A stretch of 64,000 bases of DNA. Origin: Octopus sinensis. Its lineage: Eukaryota. Positions 26,382 through 38,604 of this stretch are shown here, in pieces; position 1 is the stretch's first letter; each line of letters starts with the position of its first letter. Where the stretch lies: assembly GCF_006345805.1 (NCBI RefSeq), contig NC_043015.1, positions 49,600,001-49,664,000 on the forward strand, given 5' to 3'. The notes below the pieces were generated by a model. It saw only the letters and a program-made list of their open reading frames with translations, did not search any database and was not told the DNA's origin. The translations under genes and the position numbers were made by a program.

Positions 26382-26520
26382 TGCCGGGCTTTTGTGGGAC
26401 GTTTATTCTGCAAAGCTTTGACAGGGCTTGGAATTACTGTTGCAGCAAAGAAGAGGACCATAAATTTCATCACTGAAGCTATAGAGAAGAGTACTAGGTG
26501 ACTTTTGGATTAAAGGGGCC
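26382..26520 (+). mobile_element. HERO/RLE-type non-LTR retrotransposon ORF C-terminal relic
   Basis: Translation CRAFVGRLFCKALTGLGITVAAKKRTINFITEAIEKSTR*LWIK resembles the C-terminal motif of RLE-bearing LINEs. Confidence 0.6.
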
Positions 26521-26523
26521 AAA

Positions 26524-26752
26524 CCTATTTCTTTATTACCCACAAGGGGCTAAACACAGAGCGGACAAACAAGGACAGACATAGGTATTAAGTCGATTAC
26601 ATCGACCCAGTGCGTAACTGGTACTTAATTTATCGACCCCGAAAGGATGAAAGGCAAAGTCGACCTCGGCGGAATTTGAACTCACAACGTAACGCAGACG
26701 AAATACCGCTAAGCATTTCGCCCGGCGTGCTAACGTTTCTGCCAGCTCGCCG
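26524..26752 (-). mobile_element. SINE family A monomer
   Basis: Near-identical to 657-888. Confidence 0.9.
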
Positions 26753-26880
26753 TTAGCTGGGACTTGATCCAGCCGGAGTTGATGATGAGGGACCCAAAAT
26801 CTGATGGTGAAATACCCGAAGATTTTTATTCCATCTCAATCACAGATTTTTTTAACTAATTTTTTTTTAGTGGCTGTATA

Positions 26881-27252
26881 GGCGCAGGAGTGGGGGTGTG
26901 GTAAGTAGCTTGCTTATCAATCACATGGTCCCGGGTTCAGTCCCACTGCGTGACACCGTGGGTAAGTGTCTTCTACTATAGCCTCGGGCCGACCAAAGCC
27001 TTGTGAGTGGATTTGGTAGAGGGAAACTGAAAGAAGCCCGTTGTATATGTATATATATATATATTATACATATATATATATATATATATGTTTGTGTCTC
27101 TGTGCTTTTCCCCAAAAAATCGCTTGTGTGTTTATGTTCCCGTTACTTAGCGGTTCGGCAAAAGTGTCCGATATAATAAGTACTAGGCTTCCAAAGAATA
27201 AGTCCTGGGGTCGATTTGTTCGACTAAAGGTGGTGTCAAATGATTGAAACAA
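26881..27252 (+). mobile_element. SINE family B
   Basis: Homology. Confidence 0.85.
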
Positions 27253-27266
27253 ATATAAAAAAACAC

Positions 27267-27501
27267 TTTGAAACTTCGGATACTGGTAGAATTTCTCACG
27301 TAGAATACTGTTTACTCTGGACGCTTTTTCCAAAATTGCGATAGTAATCGAAGAGGAGCAACTTCCGACCCATCTCTACTAAATGTTGATTGGTTGAAAT
27401 TACCCAAATTCGACAACTTTAACACGAAAAAACTTCTAAAATAAGAAATTTTGTCAAAAACGTTCGACTCGAGAAATTCTACCAGTATTCGAAGTTTCAA
27501 A
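27267..27501. mobile_element. MITE-like element with 31-bp inverted repeats
   Basis: TTTGAAACTTCGGATACTGGTAGAATTTCTC / GAGAAATTCTACCAGTATTCGAAGTTTCAAA. Confidence 0.65.
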
Positions 27502-27512
27502 CTCTCTCTCTC

Positions 27513-27866
27513 TCTTTTACTCTTTTACTTGTTTCAGTCATTTGACTGCGGCCATGCTGGAGCACCGCCTTTTTGTACTTATTCTATCGGTCTCTTTTTG
27601 CCGAACCGCTAAGTGACGGGGACGTAAACACACCAGCATCGGTTGTCAAGCAATGCTAGGGGGACAAACACAGACACACACACATATACATATATACATA
27701 TATACGACAGGCTTCTTTCAGTTTCCGTCTACCAAATCCACTCACAAGGCATTGGTCGGCCCGGGGCTATAGCAGAAGACACTTACCCAGATGCCACGCA
27801 GTGGGACTGAACCCGCAACCGTGTGGTTGGTTAGCAAGCTACTTACCACACAGCCACTCCTGCGCC
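27513..27866 (-). mobile_element. SINE family B (young subfamily)
   Basis: Diagnostic variants shared with 27902-28298. Confidence 0.9.
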
Positions 27867-27901
27867 TAAAACTGTTTAGTTTTTAAAAAAATAATTAAGA
27901 A

Positions 27902-28298
27902 GTCGCAGGAGTGGCTGTGTGGTAAGTAGCTTGCTAACCAATCACATGGTTCCGGGTTCAGTTCCACTGCGTGGCATCTTGGGCAAGTGTCTTCTGCTAT
28001 AGCCCCGGGCTGACCAATGCCTTGTGAGTGGATTTGGTAGACGGAAACTGAAAGAAGCCTGTCGTATATATGTATATATAAATATGTGTGTGTTTGTGTG
28101 TCTGTGTTTGTCCCCCTAGCATTGCTTGACAACCGATGCTGGTGTGTTTACGTCCCCGTCACTTAGCGGTTCGGCAAAAAAGAGACCGATAGAATAAGTA
28201 CTGGGCTTACAATGAATAAGTCCCGGGGTCGATTTGCTCGACTAAAGGCGGTGCTCCAGCATGGCCGCAGTCAAATGACTGAAACAAGTAAAAGAGTA
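27902..28298 (+). mobile_element. SINE family B (young subfamily)
   Basis: Head-to-head with the previous copy. Confidence 0.9.
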
Positions 28299-29512
28299 AG
28301 TCTGTGATTGAGATGGAATGGATTCAGACCCGAAATTCCCTGAGGCCCCAGTGATAACACTGATGGTGCATGCCAGAGCAACCGTGAGGTATATTTTGGA
28401 GCTAAAAAGAATAGTGTTGCTACCCCTCGAATGAGCGGCGGCAACCCAATACAATATACGATCTCTTCTAATGGTTTATTCTAGCCCTCATTCGCGTTAT
28501 ATTTCTGTTTACTCTCCTTCATCAGAAAAAAAACCTCACATCGGTTTTTTTGTTGTTGTCAGGTTCTGATGGAGCCGTAAATACGGTGAAAACTAAAACC
28601 AAGAAAACCAATTAAGATACAAAATAACAATTAATAGCAATTAATAGTATTCATTATTTACGTCTGCTGTTGACGAAAATATTCGCGCGACTATTTGGGT
28701 GTGCGTGTTGTAGTTTGTGAATTTAGAATTTTTTTAGTCTACTGTTTTGTAATTACATTTTATTTGGTTTTTTTTTTGGTTTTTGGTTTCATTGTTTACC
28801 ACAAATAATATTTATGTCTATTTGTTTACCTAGTTTTAAATATAGGTTGTAAAACTAGGAGCGTTTTAGTTTGTGTTTCTTACCAACTGGGGTGCCTGGT
28901 CGGTCTCCTGACAAAGCGAACAGCAGCCATACACACACATTTACACATTCTCTTACTCCCTACTTTTCTCTCTCTCTCTCTTTCCGTTACCCCCTCTCTC
29001 TCCATTTCATTTACTTCTTATCCTTTTCCTTCTCTGTTTTAAAGAAGCAAAAAAAAAAAAAAAAAAGAAGCCCTTTGTTCTTGCTCTTTAAATGATTTGC
29101 CGTAAGCTTTTCAGCCTCAATAAAACCGACAAATTGTATATGGCTGAGTGCTAAAGTAATGGAAGAGAGGTTTGGTGGGGGCTGGGGGGCAGGTTAGATA
29201 GACGTGGGGCGGGGGGCGAAGGAACGTTTCAGGAAGTAATGCGATCGGTAAAGTTTGTAGTGGTTAGAAGGAAAGTAATGGCGGTTGTGATGGTGGAGGT
29301 CAGGACGTTTGGGGTTATCGCATAGCTGCCCCGTCGGAGTGAAACGGAGGTGGGGAGCGGGGATCGAAGGAAGGGATATAGAGGAATACTTGTTAATGAG
29401 AACACCTGTGTCTGTCAACATGGCCATCACCTATCACTATTAATATTATTAAGACGGCGGAGCTGGCAGAAAGGTTATAACGCGCCGGGGCAAAATTCTT
29501 AGCGGCATGTTG

Positions 29513-29922
29513 GGTTCTCTTCGGTTTGACCGGCAGTTTTCTTTAAAATAATTTCCACTTCGTATCCTGGTAGAATGTGTTTATAAAACATCTTTTTCTC
29601 TTGGCTTTATTCAGAAAATTCTATGGTTTGTAAGATATTTGTTGTTGTTTTTTCTTCAATTTCTGCAATTTCAACCAATCACTGACGTCTATTGAGGTAA
29701 AAAAACATTCTGTGCCGTATGAATATGTCCCTCGTTTAAGAAACAGATTGGGTTTATTTACATTTCTGAAGAAAAAAAAGATGCCATTCCCCCCCAACCC
29801 TAACCCTAACTCTAACCCTAAAACAGATTGAAATGCAATAGATCGATACTAGGGTCATAATTATGGGTAACAATTTCATATGACACCGCTAGAAAAAACT
29901 GCCGATCAAACCGAAAAGATCC
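29513..29922 (+). mobile_element. Merlin-type MITE copy 1, inserted in a SINE A
   Basis: ~30-bp TIR GG(A/T)TCT(T/C)TTCGGTTTGA(A/C)CGGCAGTTTT; 8-bp TSD GCATGTTG 29505-29512 and 29923-29930. Confidence 0.85.
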
Positions 29923-30995
29923 GCATGTTGTACGGTATTTTTACAATCTGAGTTCAAATTCCGCTGTGTGTGTGCTGTAATTATTAAGTTTGTTTTAATA
30001 CCACACTCCATATAGCAACGGCCTTCCTGGAGTACCAAGTGCAAGTATTGACGGTTTTCCTTTTTTTTTCCTTGTGATCTATACTCCGGTTAAATGTCAA
30101 GAGGTCTATTTTGGCTGTTGTTTCTTTCTTTTGTGTTTAGTATCGCTGTGAATTTGGTGGAGGCTAACCAATTGTAGTTAGAAACCTTCTCTAAGCCTCC
30201 TTTAGTTTTCCGTAGGAATTTCGTTCCCATCTAAAAATGCTTCTTTTATGTAAACATTAAATCGATTCCAAAACAAGACTGAAAAATAGCGGTAGGAATT
30301 AAATTCACTTGTACACCCTTTTCCCGCCCTCATGTTCCCCCCTTTTTGTCTTGTTGTTGGTTGGTTGGTGTTAGCGGGTGAGGAATGAGAGCCTACTTCA
30401 ATTCGCAGCTAATAATATTTGTCTTCCATCCATAAATTAACAGCAACATGGCTACACTATGCAGAAACGCCCACATAAATATTTTTTTTAAAAAACTACA
30501 AACCTAAACAATTGCATTTAATTTTTTTTTTTTTTTACGAACTGTATACACAAAAAGGAAGAAGAAAAAATAAGAATTCAGATTTTCGGCAGAATACACT
30601 TATTTCACGCAAAAACAGAAAAATCACCGTTTTTTCTTTTTTTTACGGAAATTCACATTATTTCATAGAATTTGGCGTCTTTAAATAACGATAGCAACAA
30701 CAGCACATTTTTTTTAACTAAAAAGAAAAATAGGGCGGCAAATTGTTTTTGTGTGATAAAGAAGACAATTCCAGTTTTCCTTCCACCAACAAACAGGCTC
30801 TGGTTAGGAATTACCTGGCTGAGATAAACTCCACAGAAAAAGCTGGTAGAAGCCACTTCGTCTCGTGTTACGTCATCCAATACTGCACGCGCGTGTGAAT
30901 GCTGCTTCAGTCGCCATCTTGCGCTATAATTTCCTTTGCACAAACGGTCTGATTTTCTTAAAGATTATGCGTTTTTAGAATTTTTTTTACCATAT

Positions 30996-31413
30996 GGATC
31001 TATTCGGTTTGAACGGCAGTTTTTTTCTGGCGGTGTCATATGAAATTGTCACCCATAATTATGACCCTAGTATCGATCTATTGCATTTCAATCTGTTTTA
31101 GGGTTAGGGTTAGGGGTGGGGGGAAGGGTATCTTTTTTTCTTCAGAAATGTAAATAAACCCAATCTGTTTCTTAAACGAGGGACATATTCAAACGACACA
31201 GAATGTCTTCACCTCAATAGACGTCATTGATTGGTTAAAATTGCAGAATTTGAAGAAAAAAACAACAAATATCTTACAAACTATAGAATTTTCTCAATAA
31301 AGCCAAGAGAAAAAGATGTTTTATAAACACATTCTACCAGTATACGAAGTTTAAAAGTGTTTAGTTACGTGGAAATTATTAAAAAAAAACTGCCGTTCAA
31401 ACCGAAAAGGTCC
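30996..31413 (-). mobile_element. Merlin-type MITE copy 2
   Basis: Same TIRs; TSD TACCATAT/TACCATGT. Confidence 0.85.
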
Positions 31414-31417
31414 TACC

Positions 31418-31506
<89 letters not shown>

Positions 31507-32219
31507 GTATAATATATATATAATATATGTATATATATATATGTATATATATATATGTATATATATATATGTATATAATATATGTATATATATATATGTA
31601 TATATATATATGTATATAATATATATGTATATATATGTATATATATATATGTATATATATATGTATATATATATGTATATATATATATGTATATATATAT
31701 ATGGATATATATATATGTATATATATATGTGTATATATATGTTAATATATATGTATATATATAGTATATATATTATGTATATGTATATATATATGTGTAT
31801 ATATATATGTAGATATATATGTGTATATATATATGTGTATATATATAGTATATATATATGTATATATATATATATAATATATGTTATATATATGTGTATA
31901 TATATATGTGTATATATATATGTTATATATATATATGTATATAATATATGTATATATATATGTATATATATATGTATATATATATGTATATATATATGTA
32001 TATATTATATGTATATATATATATGTATAATATATATATATATATATATATGTATAGTATATATATATATATGTATAGTATATATATATGTATTGTATAT
32101 ATATATATGTTATATATATATATGTAGATATATATATATATATAGTATATATATATATATGTAGATATATATATATATATATATGTAATATATATATATA
32201 TTATATGTATATATATATG

Positions 32220-32253
<34 letters not shown>

Positions 32254-32273
32254 GTATATATATATATATTATG

Positions 32274-32326
<53 letters not shown>
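31418..32326. repeat. ~900-bp degenerate (TA)n/(TATG) microsatellite
   Basis: Direct inspection. Confidence 0.95.
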
Positions 32327-32328
<2 letters not shown>

Positions 32329-32709
32329 ACATCACAATCAAGGAACGGCCATAATAGGCCATTCACCCACTAGAAATAACAGCCAAAGCTTCAACCGCAA
32401 AATAACATTAGTTCCGTAAACCAGGAGAAAATTAAAAAAACCCTGTAATTTCTTATACGATGCACCGTTTCATCTACTGTTTAATGGTAAACTAACCTGA
32501 TTAAATTAAATCAAGCCAATCTTCCATATGCCCTTAGAATCGTCAGTAAGAAATAGCCAGATCGGAACAGATATTTTCACGAGGCATTTCTGTCCCTGCC
32601 TCGGCAATATCTGACCTAAAATTTTCAAATCATCGCACTCGCGCCAAATTTATCGGCAGCAAATAAATATAAGCCGCCGATTCCATTACGGAATTAACCA
32701 GAGAATTCA

Positions 32710-32942
32710 TAATTAATCAATATAGGGTGGCAAAAAATTTTGTAGAATTTTTTTGCCACCAGCGGCCTAGTGGGAAAAAATTAAATAGTCATAGACCATT
32801 TTTAAGTTCAACATCACAATCAAGGAACGGCCGTTCCTTGATTGTGATGTTGAACTTAAAAATGGTCTATGACTATTAATTTTTTCCACTAGGCCGCTGG
32901 TGGCAAAAAAATTCTACAAAATTTTTTGCCACCCTATATTGA

Positions 32943-32950
<8 letters not shown>
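32710..32950. repeat. ~240-bp spacer-less palindrome
   Basis: Centre CAAGGAACGG|CCGTTCCTTG at 32830/32831; arms differ by a few indels. Confidence 0.92.
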
Positions 32951-32984
<34 letters not shown>

Positions 32985-33104
32985 TATATATAATAGTTCA
33001 CTATATAAACTATCATATTGATAAAAATTAGATATGTTTCGACCAAAGATTGGTCGAGGCCTGATAGGATTATCTAAATCCTTTTTAAGTCAAGTTTTAT
33101 TTAT

Positions 33105-33478
33105 GGTCCATTCAAGTAGTGAGATCTTGTTGAGTGAGTTGTATCCATGTATGGGTGGCTTATCTGGTATTCCTTGAAGAAATCTGTCCAGACTCCTTTT
33201 AAAGGTGATGGGATCCTTTTCCTCTTTAATCCGTTTTGGGACAATGTTAAACAGGGCAGAGCCTGTTGAGGAAAAGAAATTGTCGCAGTGTACCTATATG
33301 CTGTGATCCTGAATTGGGCAGGGGACGTATGGCCTGTGATCCCAGCCTTGGATGAACCTTGAAGCTAATGTTCAGGTCGCTTGGGCAATGCTGGCGGTAT
33401 ATTCTCCACAACGTATCGCTCGCGGCGGCGCTGGAGAGAGTAGAATTTCAAGGCTATAAGGCGGTCCCAGAAATCGAG
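33105..33478 (-). mobile_element. CR1/L2-group LINE ORF2 C-terminal relic
   Basis: LDFWDRLIALKFYSLQRRRERY...TGSALFNIVPKRIKEE...LDRFLQGIPDKPPIHGY with frameshifts. Confidence 0.85.
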
Positions 33479-33985
33479 ATTAGCATTAGTGTCACAGGTG
33501 ACTCTCGAAGTGTAGAACGAATATTACATTCCTTCTGTACCGTAGCAGTCACTGTCGTTACACACGGTAGGTAGGCAAAGTGTTAAAGAGCATCAATAGA
33601 CGGTTCTGGCCAATGTATTTCTTCCGGCAAATGCCGCAGAGTTTACCGATTTGTGTTCGTAATGTTCAAAGCAGAGAACGTGGCGAAGAAGTTGTCAAGT
33701 GAGTAGTGCGTCACAACATCTGCTCAGAAGCTCGTACGATGGCGATATTTGGGGCAGCAAAACGCAAGGCCATAATAAAGAATAATAACAAGTTAACTCT
33801 TGGCTGGCAGTCAATTTTGTAACACGGTACAGGCAATTAGGAAACGGTTTTTTTTTTATCTAATACCTTTTTAACAGTTTTGACGCACGCTTTGCTTTTA
33901 TATATGTGTATACATTACCAGACGTTCTGTAACCGCTTTCCAACAACACGTTTTTCTATGAATGAAAGGCTCATGGAGGCTAAAA

Positions 33986-34034
<49 letters not shown>

Positions 34035-34035
<1 letters not shown>

Positions 34036-34200
34036 GGCGGTGAGTTGGCGGAATCGTTAGCACGCCGGGCGAAAATGCTTCGCAAGATCTCGTCTATCTT
34101 AACGTTCTGAGTTCAAATTCCGCCAAGATCGACTTTGCTTTCATCCTTTCGGGGGTCGATTAAATAAGTACCAGTTATGCACTGGGGGGTCGTCGTAATC
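34035..34200 (+). mobile_element. SINE family A, partial
   Basis: Head plus Meta-like domain after (TTA)n. Confidence 0.8.
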
Positions 34201-34879
34201 GGGAAGCAGTGCTCACAATTATTCTCGTGTCCTACACTACAAGCCGCTCTTGAGTTCATCCTATTTTAGACATTTCTTCTCATGTGTCCACTCATATTTT
34301 GCCTTATCACCGTGCTGTTAATACTTAGAAGCTTGTCGTAAATATTGCCACACACACACACACACACACACACTCACAAAGGAACGGTGTTGTTGATGGC
34401 GTAACGTGAGATGAAGTGGTTTCTACCGGGAATAGAAGCTAAGCAGCAAACTGAAACTGCAGATGCTCGCTTCATTCGCCGGAAGTATATGCGGCTCTCT
34501 TCGCTCTTGTAGTCCAACGGAGTTATGTATGCAGTAAATAAATATATATATATATATATATACGTATAATCTTAACGTGGCGATGTCGAGATTAGAGAAA
34601 GACACCCAATAACAATTGTGGATTACTCTTTACTCTTTTACTTGTTTCAGTCATTTGACTGCAGCCATGCTGGAGCACCGCAAATCACTGCAATAGTTTT
34701 TGTGGATTTGCCCCACCCGCTAGTTGCTGATTGTTTCACGTATTATACACATTCTTGCATTAATGTGATCCAACAATAGCCGTGCACCTTCTTCAGGTAG
34801 CCGACAGCCGTGGTAGAGCTTTGTAAAGCTCGCTATAAAATCATTACCCAAATGATATAAAATTATATATGTATATATG

Positions 34880-34912
<33 letters not shown>

Positions 34913-34916
34913 TATG

Positions 34917-35007
<91 letters not shown>

Positions 35008-35018
35008 TATATACGAAT

Positions 35019-35082
35019 ATAGCGCCGATGACGGAAATCAAACTACTTTTCTATGTTTGTGATCCAGAAACATGTTCGTTAT
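35019..35082 (+). ncRNA. Hammerhead ribozyme motif, family H4 (U4C variant)
   Basis: AUAGCG-CCGAUGA-stem II-GAAAC-AU-GUU-CGUUAU; 6-bp stem I; palindromic ACAUGU; next to (TA)n. Confidence 0.5.
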
Positions 35083-35387
35083 TAACGGTAAGTGACTGTT
35101 TGCGTCTATTGCTACTCCGGTTTTGTGTATGTGAGCCACACGGGCCTTCGTTTTTGGAATCTCCACTTACAGAAAATGGAAAAAAAAACAGTCTTTGACT
35201 GCCATTTCTAATTCCTTCGGTATGAGGCGAAACGGCCTGCTGCTAGCCCTCTTATTTACTTAACTATATACTGAACCTTACAAAGTTCCTGACGATAAAT
35301 TTGTCGTATTTACATACCGAAATTTACCGGTAAATAATTGTTGGTTACATGAAAAACCACACAAAAATTATTTACCATTTTTATTGC

Positions 35388-35422
<35 letters not shown>

Positions 35423-35424
<2 letters not shown>

Positions 35425-35640
35425 GCAGCGAACTGACAGAAACGTTAGCACGCCGGGCGAAATGCTTAGCAGTATTTCGTCTATCTTTACGTTCCGAGTT
35501 CAAATCCCGCGGAGGTCGACTTTGCCTTTCATCCTTTATTCTGGATCGATAAATTATGTACCAGTTGCGTACTGGGGTCGATCTAATCGACTGGCCCTCT
35601 CCCTAAAAATTTCAGGTTTTGTGTCTAGAGTAGAAAAGGA
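35423..35640 (+). mobile_element. SINE family A with A2 tail
   Basis: Tail CCCTCTCCCTAAAAATTTC...GTGTCTAGAGTAGAAAAG. Confidence 0.85.
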
Positions 35641-35976
35641 TATAAAATTATATATTTATATATTTGGAGATAGAACAGCTGCCAGTTGCATTACCTAGCG
35701 TGTGCTAATCTGACGCCTTACTTTCGTGTTAAGGCGACATTCGGTCGATGTTGGGCGGTAATATTTCTTCTGTATGACCGTTTTATAATCGACAATCTTT
35801 GAGACTTTCTTCTATCTTCGCCTGGTTGTGTATTCTTAGCCGTTTGTTTACAATTACGGCTACTTTCGGCAGTTCAGAGTTGTTAATGTTTAAACAAACA
35901 CCTCCGGATGAAAACTTTAGTTCTTCATCTCTAACATCAACAAGAACGATGACGCTAGCAGCAGAAGCAGCACAGT

Positions 35977-36410
35977 GGAGGCGCAATGGCCCAGTGGTTA
36001 GGGCAGCGGACTCGCAGTCGTAAGAACGCGGTTTCGATTCCCAGACCGGGCATTGTGAGGTGTTTATTGAGCCAAAATACCTAAGCTCCGGGGTGGTGGT
36101 GAACTCCGCTTGTAATCTTTCAGCGCAAGTTTCTCTCACTCTTTCTGCCACAAAGCAGAGGAACCATGGTCCGCATTGTTTTAGCCTTCAAATGACGCGA
36201 CCCCGCTGGGTAAGCGAACAGGCCAACGGAAGAAAGAGAGAAAGTTGTGACGAAAGAATACAGCAGGGATCGCCGCCACCCCCTGCCGGAACCTCGTGGA
36301 GCTTTAGGTGTTTTCGCTCAATAAACACTCACAATGCCCGGTCTGGGAATCGAAACCGCGATCCTACGAGCGCGAGTCCGCTGCGTTAACCACTGGGCCA
36401 TTGCGCCTCC
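35977..36410. mobile_element. Two convergent SINE C copies (+ 35977-~36150; - ~36165-36410, C3 tail)
   Basis: Heads GGAGGCGCAATGGCCCAGTGGTT at both ends. Confidence 0.85.
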
Positions 36411-36461
36411 ATATATATATATATATGTACACACACACACACAACATACACACATACATAC

Positions 36462-36524
<63 letters not shown>

Positions 36525-36840
36525 TATAAGCATGTGAATGTGTGTGAGGATGTATATTGATTTTTCAAATTGTGAGCCAAGCGTAACGGCTATATACATA
36601 TATATTTGAGTTTGTGTGGGTGTTTAAGCAGTCTCGATCGTAAATCGATATTTCATTGTGGCGCTGTGTGTATATGTATGCATGCATTATGCATCCGATA
36701 TAGAGTGTGTGTACTTTATCGCTAAAGTACAGCCTTGTGTGTGCAGCTGGTTTTATCTGTGTACAATGTTACATGGTCATGCTTGCATACATGCATATAT
36801 ACTTTTAATATATATATATATATATACATACTCATACACA

Positions 36841-37240
36841 GGTGCAGGAGTGGCTGTGTGGTAAGAAGCTTGCTTCCCAACCACATGGTTCTGTGTTCAG
36901 TCCCACTGCGTGGCCCCTTGGCCAAGTGTCTTTTACTATAATCTTGGGTCGACCAAAGCCTTGTGAGTGGATTTTGGTAGACGGAAACTGAAAGAAGCCT
37001 GTCGTATATATATATATATGTGTGTGTGTATGCATATATTTGTGTGTCTGTGTTTGTCCTTCCACCATCGCTTGACAATCGATGCTGGCGTGCTTACGTC
37101 CCCGTAACGTAGCGGTTCGGCAAAAGTGACCGATAGAATAAGTACTAGGCTTAGAAAGAATGCGTCCTGGGGTCGATTTGTTCGAGTAAAGGCGATGATC
37201 CAGCATGGTCGCAGTCAAATGACCGAAACAGGTAAAAGAA
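36841..37240 (+). mobile_element. SINE family B
   Basis: Homology. Confidence 0.88.
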
Positions 37241-38604
37241 TAAATGACCATGTACATATATATAAATACACACAAAGTATAATATGTATATACATATGTA
37301 TGTATGTATGTATGTATATACATATACATAAATCATCTCATTAATCTAGTCACTGACTCATCTTTGTAGTTTTGCCGTCATGTGTAGTATAAACCGCTGA
37401 TTCACGTTACCTGTCGATAGTAAGACTTCCTTCCCCCCACTTCGCCACCCTACTCGTCTATTCCCCCTCCCCAACCGCTCCGCCTTACCACCCTGGACAC
37501 CCGTCGCTTTCCTGCTTCCACCCCTAACATTCTCACAATCTCGTATTATTTTCTCTGCAGCTAAATACTTAAAAGAATTTTGCCATAAAACATGCGGTTT
37601 TTTTGGGGGGGGGGGGGGTTTGAGTAAACTCTTTCTTTACATGTGGAAACGGAAATATCTCACACGAACGCCATAACTTTGTTTATTATATATATTTTTT
37701 GTAGTTGTTGTTGATGATGTTGTTGTTGTTGTTGTTGTTGCTGGTGTTCTCTTTTTTGAAGTTGTTTTTGCTGTTGCCGTTTCCTTTGTTTTTGTTTGTT
37801 TTTTTGTTGTAAATTTTTTTAGTTCTTGCTTTTCTTTATTCTTTGAAAAATAAAAAAGAAAAAAGGATGTATTTTAAAAGCAAACAAATGGACGAAACAA
37901 AGAAACAAAAAGAACAAAAAAAAATGTTTATTTTTAGTTCCTCCAACACTCAGAATCGTTCTTCTTTTTGTTAGAATTTCATAAGTTGAAATAATAATCA
38001 GAAAAAAAAAAGAGGAAGATGAGTATATAAAATCTTCCTTTATATACATACATACAACAAATAAGTGTGTATGTGCGTGTGTATGCATGTGTGTGTGTGT
38101 GTGTGTGCGTGTGTGTGTGTATAAATTTTAGATAATGGTGCAGGAAGTATACAACTATTAACGGAAAGGGGAAAATACACACACAAGGAGAAACCCATTT
38201 GTATCAGGAATCATTAAGATTTCGGCGCTTGGGAAAAGTTAGTATCGTTCATCCGGAAAGCCACACACACACAAATACACACACACACACACACATATAC
38301 ATACATGCATACATACACACACACACAGAGAATAGTGTAATCGCGCGCCAATTATGCGAAAATATGCTTGTCTTGAATTGTTTTGTAAACACGCATATGC
38401 GCGTATCATTCATCACGGATCCATTTATCACCGTGTTATTTTCCTTAACCGCCCCCACTCGTGATAAACGAAGATAGCCGTATTAATACATTTTCACGAT
38501 GTACCAACGGAATACATTGTAGAACAGAAATCCACCATAACGATCTCATCTATAAACTAGCTTTCGTGTGATATATACAAATATAATGTCCCGAGAAACA
38601 TAGG

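Noticed and set aside
29175-29222. G-quadruplex-capable G-runs
   Set aside because: One loop is ~16 nt and such motifs are common; no evidence of function.
33025-33060. Minus-strand GACC-loop-GGUC-GAAAC
   Set aside because: No CUGANGA core upstream and no GUH site.
35285-35340. CUGACGA...GAAA with palindrome ATTTACCGGTAAAT
   Set aside because: Six extra nucleotides before GAAA and no stem I pairing.
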